Positions 51,292-64,000 of a stretch of DNA of 64,000 nucleotides are shown piece by piece. Position 1 is the first letter of the stretch, and every line of letters begins with the position of its first letter. The stretch is from Dendrobates tinctorius (lineage: Eukaryota). The stretch covers positions 15,810,001 through 15,874,000 of the forward strand of contig NW_027361812.1 of NCBI RefSeq assembly GCF_039654945.1, in the 5' to 3' direction. A program made the position numbers and the translations under genes. Below the pieces are notes generated by a model. That model did no database searches, was not told where the DNA came from, and was given only the letters and a program-made list of their open reading frames with translations.

Positions 51292-52109
51292 ATTACATCC
51301 ATAATAATTGTTCTCTGATGATGACTTGACAAATTAGCAAAATGTTTGTTTATTTGTTGAAATTATTATTAAGCAAACTTAAAAAAAATTATCATTCTCG
51401 GCAGTACATTGTCCTATGTAAGCAGGACCTATGCTGTCGAGAACAACAACAGTGTTTGCCATAGAATCCTCTATTACTGATTGTTCTCTGCATTCAGCTT
51501 ATCTAAACAAGCTCGTAGATGACCACAAAGCAACAAACATGCAGCCAATGAGCGGTCATTTAATGCCGCAGGTTGTCTCATCTAAATAAGTCCTTACACT
51601 TTCTATATGTACCTCTAATACCAAGACATTTAAATGTGTATTACCAACCAGTAATATTATGCAACACCACTTTAATATTTTGGTAGGTGGGATCCAATCA
51701 CTTTGAATCCAAACAATTAAGAGAACAACCCTCTTAACTAGCATTGCTGCTCCTTTATTTTGAGGACCATGAAGTCCCAAAAATCAGATTCTCACAATCG
51801 GTAGGTGATAACATATTCAAGCAATATACCATCATTTACTATTATAGATATACAACTATATATAGCTTTTAAGTATCTGACTTGTTTGCCTAAATGTTGT
51901 CAGTAAGGCCAATGTGTCAGGACAACACTCACAGATAAGTTGGCAATGCCCATCAGATGAATGGAAGGAAGCAGCTGTCCATCTAATGTGTATGAGGGAA
52001 AGTCTACTCACGTGACAGCAGGTCTTGGGGGAAGGAAAGGCTGCACATGGATGACTTCTACCTGCTGTATAATTTGTTACCAAGGGAGAAAACATGCATA
52101 CTCAGCTAA

Positions 52110-53293
52110 GCTCTCAAATAACTCTATTCTTGACCCTTTACAATCCGGTTTCTGCTCCTTACAATCTACTGAATCTTCCCTTACTAAAGTCTCTCATGAT
52201 CTAACAGCTAAATCTAATGGTCACTGCTCCCTGCTGATACTCCTGGATCTCTCTGCAGAATTCGACACTGTGGATCACCCCTGCATTACTAGAAAATACC
52301 AGTGATTGTCTTTCCGATGTCTCTGACAATATTTCCTCACTGTATCTAAACTGAATCCGTCAAAAACTGAACTCCTCATGTTTCCTTCCTCCTTTAACCT
52401 ACCTATGCCTGATATTACCATTTCAGCGTGTGGTTCTAGCATTACTTCCCAGCAGCAAGCCCACTGTCTTGGGGTAATTCTTGATTCAGATTTTGCCTGA
52501 TCATTCGCTCTCTATTGTCACCTGCACCTAAAAAACATCTCTAGAATTCGCCCTTTTTACCTTTCACTTTGCAAAAGCGCTTACTGTCGCTCTTATTCAT
52601 TCTCTTCTGGACTATTGCAACTCTCTACTAATTGGTCTCCCTCTTACTATCCTCTTCAATCTCCAATATGTCCTGAATGCAGCAGCCAGGATCATATTCC
52701 TTTCCAGCGGCTACACCGATACCTCTACTCTGTTCCAGTCATTGCACTGGTTACCCATCCTCTACAGGGTGCAATATAAGCTTATCACATCCACCCACAA
52801 AGCTCTCCTTGGTTCAGCACCACCCTACATCTCCTCCCTCATCTATGTCTACCACCCTAACTGTGCCCTCTGTTCTGCTATTGACCTAAGACTAACATCC
52901 TCAATAATCTAAATGTCCCACTCCCGTCTCCAAGACTTTTCATGAGCTGCACAATTTTTCTGGAGCACTACTCAGGACAATTTAATTAATTCCCAAGATC
53001 CACAATTTTAAGCGTACCCTAAAAATGCACTTCTTTAGATAGACTGGCCTATCACCTCACTTCACTTATGTAACTATTCCCGTTTTGCCCTTCCAAAATT
53101 TTCCTCCAAATCTGGTCCCTCATAGCATCTGTTTACGCACCTTGGGACCAGGACCCTCACTCCTGGTATCTGTTGAATTATGTGTTACTCTGTAATATCT
53201 TTATTGTCTGTACAAGTCCCCTCTAAAATGTAAAGTGCTGTAGAATATGTTGGCGCTAGAGGAATAAAAACTATTATTATTATTAGTATTATT
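52110..53293 (+). mobile_element. Older L2 LINE fragment with internal deletion
   Basis: [12 protein letters not shown]...[13 protein letters not shown], then jumps past the YADD region; L2 3' end and ATT tail. Confidence 0.9.
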
Positions 53294-54459
53294 AATAACT
53301 TTAGATTGTTTCTTTAAAAGGTTATTACTTGAAGGCTCCAAAGTCTTGGCTGTACGTAGATGATGGTCTTCTCTCTGAAACTGTTAGTGCAACAAGTTAC
53401 TAATTCCTCTCCTCTAACCGCTCTTAGAAATCGGCCATTTGATTTTTTTTTCCTTATCACAATCGTTATTATAGAGAAAAAATAGAAATCTATCAATTTT
53501 CACACTGGTCACTAGGGCTGTTTAAAACTTTGACTTTCTGTTATTTCAGTAAATTCTCATGTACATTAGCAGCAATGAACAGAACTTGACACTTTCTTTA
53601 GTATTGAGGCATCTAATAAGAGTGTGCAATGGTCATTGGGACAGGAGGGCAGCATGGGCGCTGTATCATTACCAACTGTGATTGGTGGATCCTGTTATCG
53701 GCCGTGTATTGGGGTGTTACCTAGCTTTGCAATCCTTCCTCTAATGATATGGAGACTGTTGAAAACTCTTCCTGAGAGGGCAGGAATTATGAGTCTAAAA
53801 TAGCTCCTATGGCCATTGTGCAAAATTGACTTTTATTTTATTTTTTTTCTTCTAATAAAGCTTTTGATAAAAAAAACCCAGACATTTAAAAAAATACAAA
53901 AATCTGATTAAACAATAGGTCATTTTCTGATGACACATTCCTTGACCACCATGGTGCATTAGTATGTGCTGATTATTCTTTTATTAGTAGCCAGACCTCT
54001 GTTATTCTTACAGAATAGATTGTGCAGTATGGTAGTCATATTTAGATTTAGGTTCCATAAGCCAGTCTTCACTACACTTGGTGCGGGAAAAATGGGCCAT
54101 ATGTATTTAAGAGGTGCATACCAGAAAGCCAAAAATGAAATCTGTAGCTTTTTATGTAACAAAACTGGAACAGAGTTGTTGATATAAAACCCCTATAAAT
54201 TATTACATGCTGACTATAACCACCAGTAGGGGGAGCTAAGGATATACTTTTTTTTTCATAACAGAGTTTATTGTCTGCATTGAACCCCTAAGCTCCCCCT
54301 TGTACAACTAGAGGAAGCCGGAATTTTATCATTTATCTCAACATCTATGCCTCAGATTTGGAGTTCTCAGTATCAAAGCAAATTATTTAAAGAAATATTT
54401 AGATATTAATCAGCACAGTATTTTGGATCTATTTAGATTTTTTTTCCAATGTTAGACAT

Positions 54460-54940
54460 TTATTTTTATTACACAAATTGATAATACATGTGAATATAAG
54501 AAACTTCGTAATACATAATACATTTTAGAAGCGGAATCTACTTCTTTCTCTGACAGGACTTATCATTAATTAAAAAAAAAATCCCAAAAATCCGTATTCA
54601 GTGAAGACAGATTTTTAAATTACTGAAATACTGTAGAATCTTCTCATTAGTAACTGTCATCTCCAATGGAAGGCAGGACCTAGAAGCAGAGTTCCTGCCT
54701 TCTCCTCCCATCTGAATAGAATCTTACCAGCAGTTATTGTTACCCCCTATCTCAGAAATGTAAAAATCTGTCTTCACTGAACACAGATTTTACCCAGGAA
54801 TTGAGAATCTTGAGCATGAAAGATCAGTCCTGAAGGAGAAAGTAGTAGATTTTTCTGATAAGAGATATTACAAAGTTTTTTTTATTTTTACTTGTACTAT
54901 TGATTTATGAAAGAAAAATTAAAATGATGGTTATTCTTTA
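54460..54940. mobile_element. Old long-inverted-repeat MITE (Kolobok/T2-like)
   Basis: TTCAGTGAAGACAGATTTTT / AAAAATCTGTCTTCACTGAA and further paired blocks; right end GGTTATTCT|TTAA. Confidence 0.55.
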
Positions 54941-55444
54941 AAGGCGACCCCTTTCATGATTCCTCTCCTAAGTCCCACTTCCATTACTTGAAACAGTTGA
55001 CTTTGCAGGGAAAGCCAATGACAGCCAGACAATTTACTGTTACATTCCGGCATTTCAGATAGCCATTTTTCTAATAGAAGGATACCAAAATGAGACCTGT
55101 ACAGGGTAGCTCTGCATCGTGGCTCGAAGAAGAGGATGCTGAGTGGGTGATTCCCTTCTATAATGTCCATGTGTCATAAAATATCACATAGACAACCATT
55201 GTCTGTATGGGACAACCTCTTTAAATTCCATTTCTTCCAATCTATTGATGTCCAAATTCAATTAGAAACAAAAATCCTTTAAAAATAAAACACACCTAAG
55301 TGTACATAGAATTAGAAATGCGTTACTATGTGCTACAACATTTTTGTACTTTTTTCTTATGTAAAAAACCCTACAGAAAGGAACTGGAATATAAGTTGGT
55401 ATGCATACAGCATGTAGGTGCGTGTTCACACTGGACACTAAACA

Positions 55445-55783
55445 GACAAAACTTAAGATAACAACAAAATGAACAAACATTCTGCAATAAAGAAATAAAT
55501 AGCAATAGTGCATGAAAATCTATATTAATATAAGTATACAGGTACTTGGTATATAAGTATATAGTGTACTTGGTTTACATATTTCTGATAAAAAAAAGTA
55601 AAAGCCATCTGCCACGTCATGGTGACCCTATTCGGGATGGTCACCATGACGTGGTGTGATGACTTTTACATTTTTTTGATCAAAATTATGTTAACCATGT
55701 ACCCTATATTTTCATGCGCTATTGCTATTTATTTATTTACTGCATGATGTTTGTTGATTTTGATTTTATCTTAGGTTTTGTTT
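55445..55783. repeat. ~340-bp foldback element
   Basis: Perfect central stem CCACGTCATGGTGACC / GGTCACCATGACGTGG; outer arms AAATAAATAGCAATAG / CTATTGCTATTTATTT. Confidence 0.75.
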
Positions 55784-56585
55784 TTTTTTTCTTATGTTGT
55801 TAAATGGTAATCAGATCCCAGAGAAAGCCATTTTCTGCTTGTATCACCTACTTTAGATTCCAGGGTCTGGAGTACTATGTAAGCTCAGGTCTTTAAGCCT
55901 CTTCCGTCCTTAAATCATCCGCATGTTAGAACAGATGTTTAATTACTTGTTTGACCTTTATTGTCATATTAAGCAACTCAGGCATCTACAAAGACCTCTA
56001 TCATTGATGTGTCACGTATATATCCATTAATCTTTTACCTACAGTTTGGAACCATTAGCAAACCAAACTAAATGGCTTTCCAAGTGCCAAACTTTTCATG
56101 CTTCTGCTTGTGAATGTTGTTGCATAATATGGATCTACTGTATATACATACCTGGCTATAAGAAATGTTCTTAGATTATACTCATCTAAACAAGTGTGTT
56201 AATGCTTAATGATGTGTGATTATAAGCATATCATTATTATAAACAAGCAGATTAATGCCACTTTATAATAAATATTGGTGAAGAACAATATGTTTTTAAG
56301 TCTATTTTCTGCACAAATAATCTGGTGGGATTATTAATCAGTGAAACTTATAGCAGCAATAACTAGGGTCCATACAAACACTAGTCAATTATTGATTTGA
56401 CCACTTATCTGTAGGATTAAGTCAATTGTCGCTTGTTTATAGTCCCCTTGTCTATTATTATCTAATGTCTTACATATATACTAAGTAAGATTGTGTAACT
56501 GCGTTCCAAAAGTTTAAAGGTCCCAAAACACATCGGACTAAAGTCGTTTGAACCTGGTGATATCGGCAGGATTGGGTGACTATCT

Positions 56586-56870
56586 TAGGCTATGTCCACA
56601 TGTCCAGTAATCATCCGTTATAATGGATCCAGCAGCAATCTGTCGGCACACAAGTTGTACAGACACAACTTTTTTGAGCGGCTAAAAAAATTATTTCAAC
56701 TGGATCCATATTTTTTAACACTGAAGTCTATGGAACATTGTTCCTTTAAATAGCCATGTGATTTTTTTCCATTTGAAAAGGATCCAGTTTTTGCTTGGCT
56801 AGTCAATGGATCCATTTTCCATAGACCTCAATGTTGAAAAAAATGGATTGCTGATGGATCTGTTTTTTTC
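56586..56870. mobile_element. Harbinger-type MITE fragment
   Basis: TTA|GGCTATGTCCACA start; repeated (AT)GGATCC and paired GAAGTCTATGG / CCATAGAC. Confidence 0.5.
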
Positions 56871-57121
56871 TTCCTCTGGATGGTAGTGAAGGAATCGTTA
56901 GATTGACCCATATTCAACAGACACCTCCAGAATCAGCAGGTTTGATCAACATTAAACTAGCAATGCTGGTAATTTCCCTACCATGATTCAAGCTATTTGC
57001 TATAAAATTGCTATTAAAACCCCTTTTTTATATTTTGTACAATTAATATGATTACTTATATTTCAAAATGTTACTATCTCTTTAATATAAATTGTTTAAG
57101 AATAAAAAAAATGACGATTAA

Positions 57122-57994
57122 ATGGAAACTATTGCCAGATTTTTCCTACGGAATCTGAAAGAAGCACAATGTAGGGGCAGAGTCCCTGATTCCAGTGATG
57201 TGTCACTTAAGGCCCCGTCACACACAGTGATCTCGCTAGCGAGATCGCTGATTTTGTGACACCACAGCGATCTCGCCAGCGAGATCGCTGTGTGTGACGG
57301 GGATCAGCAACTGGCCCCCCTGCCAGGAATCGCTGATTGTGCTCCATCGTCATGGGCCATTTTTTGATAGCTGGTCTCCCACTGGCCAGTGCACATCGCT
57401 GATTGTGGCAGCGAGAGACTGGAGATCAGCGACGCTGGACGCTGGTTTCTAATATAAACATCGGGTATCTAAGAGCTGCGCGGTTCTTAGATACCCAATA
57501 TTTACATTAGAAACGAGCTTGTTCACTGGTCAGGATCGCTGGAGGGGCTGTCTATGTGACAGCTCACCAGCGATCAGCCTAACGATGTCCCAGCGATCCC
57601 ATCCATGTCGGATCGTTGGTGGGATCGCTGGGACATCGTTATGTGTAACGGGGCCTTTACTGGTTTGTAGTTTTTTAAAATAAAATCTCTGTTTTATCAG
57701 CAGGAGATTATCACTAGAGGACTAGTAAACCTGCCGTAATGTAGTCCTCCATTTTCAAGAACTCTGTGCAATGCCGCCCCCATCATGCACAGTGTACACA
57801 AAAGCTGCCAATCAGTGGTGTGGGCGGGGTTATACAGAGCTCAGCATTCAGAAAACTGCTAGATCTCCAGCAGATAAAACAGTGATTTTTTTTAAAACTG
57901 CAGCAATCAGTAAAATAAGTGAAAAATGGCTGGAATCAGGGTCTCTTCCATGCTGCTCTCAGAATAAGTAGCAAACACCTGGTGAAAGATTACC
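57122..57994. mobile_element. Kolobok/T2-family MITE interrupted by a Harbinger MITE
   Basis: TTAA flanks; body matches the 35516 and 60431 copies (ATGTAGGGG..CCCTGATTCCAG..TGTCACTTA|CTGG; GGGCGGGGTTATACAGAGCT). Confidence 0.75.
57210..57656 (+). mobile_element. Harbinger MITE, full length, CpG-rich
   Basis: TIR AGGCCCCGTCACACA / TGTGTAACGGGGCCT; TTA TSD (57207-57209, 57657-57659); many GATCGCT/AGCGATC motifs. Confidence 0.9.
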
Positions 57995-59225
57995 TTAAAG
58001 CCAGTAGAGTGGATCATACTGAATCACCTACTGTGTCAATCACTACAGAGAGGTCCTGAAGAATCAGTAGAGAGGAGCTGCTGTTAGATTTAGCCACTAG
58101 GAGATCATCTGAGACTTTAGTGAGGGAAGTTTCTGCAGGGTACAAAGACCAGATTGTAAGGGGTTGAGTAAAGAGTTTGCAGACAGACCACTAATTATAT
58201 GAGAGCAACTACAGGACCTTTTACATTAGGCTAATGTATGAGCAAGAAACTGGCTCATCAGGTCATGGGATCTTCTATGTTGGCAGAATAATGAAGCTTG
58301 TTGGCAGAACACCACCCTGTTGGCAGCACACTACCCCATCAGGATTTTACACCAGATAAGACTGTTTGATGTATTTTATGTTAAAAATGTATCCTTTTCC
58401 ATGGCTACTTACCAAAGTGTGGCGTTTTGGGGTAGTGGGTATATATTTTATATTTTTTATTTCATGCTATTACATTGATAAATCAACTTCTATTGTCCAC
58501 AGAAACATTACAATAAGTTCCTATAGTCACTGGGGACCATTTGGCTTCGTATCAATGACCCAGGCATTCAGTGCCATATTTAGCTTGTGAATAGCCACTG
58601 GTGAAGTTTTCCTTCCTTTCCCACACGATTCAGATGGTTAGCTTTGGTTGGTAATTCTTTGGTCGACATCTTGACAGGCTCACATTTCATTCAACATAGA
58701 AGAACCTTATCCCCTGATGATCCTATAGTCATTCCTGGACTGGTTGAGTGAATATTCTTGTTCAATTTCCTATCTAAAATGGAGGAGCTGTCAGCCGATG
58801 CCTGTGCTCTTCAATATGATGGGCAGAATTAGTTAACAGATGGCACAAGCAAACTCACCTTCTCTGGTTGCTTTTTCCAAGGTTCATAATACTAAGTGTT
58901 AAGAAGACCATTTACCAAATTCTTCATGTTGAATTGCTCACACAATGTTATTGTGGCTGCAGAGCAGAATGAAACCGTTCTCTTAACATTTCAATTCTCC
59001 TTTGAGTAGATAATAGCAATCAAAATATTTGCACCTAATGAGTTCATTTTTGCTAAATCCAAGTGGACATTTTCAAATAGTTTTCAAACAGGGCATGTAC
59101 TCCTTCTTCCTGCATGACGTTGCCCAATCATAGCCAGGCAGCAGCACACAGGAGAAAAAGAGCACGTCCCACAAGGGTTAAAGCATATTTTTCAGTGTGT
59201 AAGATGTAATAACAAGCAGCTCTAA

Positions 59226-59706
59226 AGGCCCAGTTACACATAACGATGTCCCAGCGTTCCCACCAACGATCCGACATGGATGGGATCGCTGGGATATCGT
59301 TAGGCTGATCGCTGGTGAGCTGTCACATAGACAGCCCCTCCAGTGATCAGGACCAGCGAGCAAGCTGGTTTTTAATGTAAATATTGGGTATCCAGGAGCC
59401 GTGGCTCTTGGATACCCACTGTGTGCCTTGGAAACCGGCGAAAAAGCTGGTTTCCAAGGTAAACATTGGGTATCTAAGAGCCGCGCGGCTCCTGGATACC
59501 CGCTGTTTACCTTGGAAAACATCGCTGGTCTCTCGCTGCCACACGCAGCGATGTGTGCTGGCCAGCGGGAAACCAGCGATCAAAAAATGGCCCAGGCCCA
59601 TCGAGCACGATCAGCCATACCAGGCACAGGGGCCGGTCGCTGATCCCTGTCACACACAGTGCTCTCGCTGGCGAGATCGCTTTGGCGTCACAAAATCAGC
59701 GATCTC
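59226..59706 (-). mobile_element. Second copy of the 57210 Harbinger MITE, inverted, one end truncated
   Basis: TAA|AGGCCCAGTTACACATAACGATGTCCCAGCG is the reverse complement of 57626-57656; extra internal GGGTATC..GAGCC subrepeats. Confidence 0.9.
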
Positions 59707-60430
59707 CTGAATGATTAGAAAGTGCTCAGAGCAGAGCACAGATGACTAACACCTTTCAGATAAGGGGTTAGCAGTCAGTGTGGGGGAGGGACAGCACAGC
59801 TGAATTTAGCTGTCTCACACTACAAACCCTTTCCTCCTCTCCTAGCACTATCACCTCTGCAGTACTGGCCCTTTGCTCACACGGCCTAACCTGAGATGAG
59901 AGCTCAAAAGTTTCAGTAATTACAGTTGTGTCCATTTTGATCAACTTACATTCAAAATTACATCTCACAAAGAAGTAACCTGTTCTGAGCCATGAAAGGG
60001 GCTATAAGGAAAATTACCAAAACAGTTTGATTGCTCATATCTCCTCAAGCAAAGGGCAAAATCGCAAAAAAAAAAATATTCTGCTCTGCAGCTATGTACA
60101 TTGTGTGTCCTGTTAAAAATGAAAAATTTGGTGAAGGATACTTTTTAAGAAACTAAATTATTATGAAGAATGTTTATACAGTCCATTTTATTAGCTGAAG
60201 AAGTATCTAGACTATTCAACTAAATAAAATCCATACTGAAAAAACAGCATACAGCATAGAAAAGGTTCTGCTTTACTTTGTCTTAATAATACTCATAGTA
60301 AGTCTCGCAAACTTTAAAATTTTTACACAGTGTAAACTTACACTAGACAGTCTTAAAATGAACCAAATTTGTCATCTCACTGCACAAAGTCACCCCTATT
60401 TTTTGAGGGATGCAGAAAAAAGTGTCTTAA

Positions 60431-60844
60431 AGGAAATCTTTCTTCAGATTCTTTTACCTCATCTGAGAGGGGCATAATTTAAGAAAAGGGAACCTGATTC
60501 CAGCAATGTATCACTTAGTTTACTGGGTACAGAAGCTGTGATACAGTCAGATTTTGTTTAGCTGTAACATGTTGCAGAGCTCAGAAAGCTATCCCCGCCT
60601 ATGCCACAGCTTTCCGTGTACAGTGTAAACTGACAGTGAGGTGCTAATCACACAAGGTGGGGAGCTGGTCTAGCAGTCGCATGAGACCTAGTCCAGCTGA
60701 GATAATATTCTAGTGATAAAACCTTAATTGTAAGTAAGCAACAGCACTCAGCTTGATAAGTGACACATTGCTGAATTCAGTGCTTTAACCCCTACATCAT
60801 GCTGTCCTCAGAATACATAGCTAAAACCTGCTGACAGAGTCCCT
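60431..60844. mobile_element. Kolobok/T2-family MITE
   Basis: TTAA|AGGAAATCT ... CTGCTGACAGAGTCCCT|TTAA. Confidence 0.8.
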
Positions 60845-61409
60845 TTAAACCCATAATTAATGTGATGAAAGGCATATAAAATGTTTTGCTTTATCTTTTT
60901 GCCACATTTAGCTTAGCAAATGTTTACAACTGTTTCATTATTATAGTACACACTGGAATCAGTTTCCTTTTGAAGTGTATATCTACCTTTGAATAATAAG
61001 ATATAATTATCTGCTGTACATACAGAAATAGTTGATTACACTAGTAAGTACTGTAGATTTCTTAACTTATTTAGTACTAATCCTTAATTGTAGCCTATAT
61101 TATATCCTGGGGTTGTATCCATAATTCTTCTATTTGTCACTGGAGACAAAATTGTCATTGGCAGCGCTCCTATAATGATGAACAATAGTGCTTCCAACAT
61201 TAGATACAACACTGGGTGTATAGGTGACATATTCTAGAATGAAAATTCTCAAACTTCATACCATCCTTAAACCAGCAAGGAATGCTGGAAGATTTCAGCT
61301 CTAAACTCTGCAGATTTGTAAATGCTGCTCTTGGAAAATAACACAGAGTGTACCGCAAAATTGTAGACTCATGTTACACTCTGTGTTATTTACAACCTAA
61401 ATAAAGCAA

Positions 61410-62190
61410 AAGGCCGGTGCCCCAGCCCCTGGTCATTGGTGGAGGCTGGCATGATGATGGGTTGGAGGGAGGTGGGGTCATTGTTATGGGGAGGGGGAGG
61501 TCAGGAGTATGGGGGTTTATAAAGGCCAATAGGGGATGGGTTTTGGTATTATCCGCTCTCAGTTTCATCGTCAGCCTCCCGCCTTCCCTATTTTGCAAGG
61601 TATTGGGGGATCGGTGTTACCTAGGAACAGTTTTTGGGTCATTGTGGCTTATAGAGTTTGGGGTATCCTTCTAGTTGGCTCTAATTTGGTCCAGCGGATT
61701 CATTAGGACAAGGATTTCTCAACTGGCAAAAGATTGTCTTTTGGTCTGGCAACTTTTGGGGGGACTTGCGGCAATGGAAAGTTGGGTCCCTGAAAGTTTT
61801 GAAATTTGAAAGGAACCCTTTGGGTTATGGTGCTCCCGAGCCAGTGGGGTTACAGTTGGGAGAAATTATGGTTTATGGGGTTGTTTTTGGAAATCACTAG
61901 ATTTTGATAGCTTCAAGGACCAAATTTTGATCAGATTTTGGTAGCTTCAAGGACCTAATTTTGACCAGATTTTGGTAGCTTCAAGGTCCAAATTTTGACC
62001 AGATATTGGTAGCTTCAAAGACCAAATTTTGACCAGATTTTGATAGCTTCAAAGACCAAATTTTGACCAAATTTTGGTAGCTTCTTATTCGTTAAAAGTT
62101 TGAAGTTTTCATTATATATTGCTAAAATAAAAGCTGCTGTTGCCAAATTATTCAAAACTTATGTGACATGTCTTATTGGGAAGGGTGGTG
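61410..62190 (+). mobile_element. Possible DIRS/Ngaro-like terminal-repeat relic
   Basis: G/T-skewed segment with TTTATAAA and terminal AATAAAAGCTGCTGTTGCC...GTCTTATT; resemblance only. Confidence 0.3.
61899..62084. repeat. 34-bp minisatellite (~5.5 copies)
   Basis: Unit AGATTTTGGTAGCTTCAAGGACCAAATTTTGACC; TAGCTTC recurs at 61908, 61942 and 61976. Confidence 0.95.
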
Positions 62191-63796
62191 GATGGCGCAG
62201 TGGGGATATTGGGCACAGATGACGCAGGCATCGCATCAGATGATCAACAATGTCAGAGTCAAACGATATGCTTACAAATATACACCATGTATTATATGTG
62301 TTTGCTACGTATCTACTTTGGTTATGATTATGATAGAGAAACCCAAAGTTGAACTCTCATTATTTGTCCATGGTTGGTCCTACTGAATGATGTTCAGCGA
62401 TAGAGAAGGCTTCATGAGTCACCGCGTAGTTTAGAGCTCCTTTACTGTCTGTTAGTTTCTTGCTTGATGAGCTGCCAATTGATCCGGTCAAAACTGTATA
62501 CCTGTCAGTAGTGGCAGTTTGTCATGACGGTTCAGGGTGCATGCACTCATTTAGTCTATATTTCTTAGAAGTAGTAAAAGAAGACATATTAGTGATAAAA
62601 TTCACACAGAGCCTTGTAAATGAACAATAATCCTATTTTATCTGCAGACTCATTGATCTAATATTAGCTAGATAATGTTACAATCCTACAGGTAAAGCAG
62701 AAGAGACGTCTTATATACATATTGAGACCTTTTTTTACATTTGATATACTAATATTATACCATTTTATAATTAAAATTTATCATCCTGATTTCTGGTGCA
62801 GATCCTGCCGCATGGACGTTCTTTAATACATAAGCCATTGCACTGCAAACTTTGTCACATGAAAATTGACTGAAGTTTCCCCAAATAATTGGGATTTTTT
62901 ATTTCTTCACCAGGCTTAAACGCTCATAGACAAATCTTATACAATTTCTCAGTAGTTGCCTTCCTCTAGTCACAAGCACTTGCTTAATGGAATCAGATTT
63001 AGCATTGCTGCCCTTCCCCTTCCTTTCAGTATTTTTGTCTGATCTCTGTGAAAACATCAGTTGTTGTAAGAGGAAAAGCTGTACATCGTGCAAAACCATT
63101 ATAAGCTCAGGATATCTGTAAAGTTTATTCAAGTCGAAATTTAGTATAAATCACTAACAATTTTGTACAAGTTACACAAGCTTGTCCTAGGGTTTCGAGC
63201 TCATGGCTTCTTCTGGGGCATCACACCTTCTGCTAATACTTCATGTGTATGGCTCCATTCCATTTTCTTCAGTCTCCATAATAAGATTCTATGATGCAAA
63301 TAGATAAACAGGGTAAAAAATAGCTGAGATTATAACATTCTCATCAAATGCACCATGTGTTCACAGATCTACACATATATCAATAGCACACATTAGTATC
63401 TAAAGTTTCACAGGTAAAATAAGGGCAGCAAGAAGCATTCATCAACTTCCAAAATGCAATACCACAAGTACAACACACTTCAATAATCTCCCTATGGCAC
63501 TACAAAAATGACCTGCAACAGTTCCTCCATTACAACGGCCGATAGGGAAGACAAATAAATTAGCTCCTAAGGAGATAAGGAAATGCCCCGGACAGCTAAA
63601 CACTCATCATAGAAGCAGCATCTCATATAAATGCCGGGATTACAGCGAATACATATAAGTATAGAGCGCAAACAGTTGATTGAAAAAGAACCCTATGGAT
63701 CACAGAGAAGTGGCTGCTTAGATATGTGCAAGACAAGGTCACAGTACTTGTTTGGGGGTATATGGGCACGGCGTGCGTCACTACTGCCCACACCTC

Positions 63797-64000
63797 AGGA
63801 CTCGTTCACACATCCGTGTTGTATCTGATTTTCTTCATAGATACAGCACGTACCCATTATAATCTATGGTGGTATTCACATGTTCCTGTTTTTCAAAACA
63901 CACAGAAACATGTCCGCTTTTCCCCGGCGGCACGGATGAAAAAACCTAATGCAATTCTATTAGTCCGTGGAAAGCACAGGTAGCACATGGATGGATGGCA
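63797..64000 (+). mobile_element. Harbinger-type MITE running off the window
   Basis: GGACTCGTTCACACATCCGT start; CCCATT..AATCTATGG motif. Confidence 0.5.

Noticed and set aside
58712-58745. CCCTGATGATCC as another hammerhead core
   Set aside because: No paired stem II followed by GAAA downstream.
63509-63526. Possible retinoic acid response element (TGACCT half-site)
   Set aside because: Second half-site is poor and the spacing is not DR1/2/5.

Overview
Vertebrate genomic DNA, almost certainly a frog (anuran) HoxC cluster on the + strand. It holds the 3' end of the hoxc8 intron, which is filled by a ~2.7 kb 45-bp minisatellite, then hoxc8 exon 2 and a 3'UTR with five miR-196 sites. Next come a candidate distal non-coding first exon of the HoxC6/5/4 type (~11.75-12.26 kb) and the complete two-exon hoxc6 and hoxc5 genes. 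Roughly 35 kb of 3' intergenic DNA follows with no hoxc4 and no recognisable miR-10 hairpin. The gene-rich first ~34 kb carries only microsatellites, N-runs, short hairpin elements and one MITE. Beyond ~35 kb the DNA is dense with CR1 and L2 LINE fragments and Kolobok/T2-, Harbinger- and hAT-type MITEs. The most unusual signal is a set of short, mostly palindromic elements, several sitting in GATA/ATCT microsatellites, centred on a hammerhead-ribozyme-like motif (core, covarying stem II, GAAACG). They come in a canonical CUGAUGA form and a non-canonical CUUGA(G/A)AAA form, and are probably derived from Penelope-like retroelement termini. One L2 copy also encodes a 2A/StopGo-like peptide (GDISPNPGP). 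TE family names are pattern recognition, not database hits.
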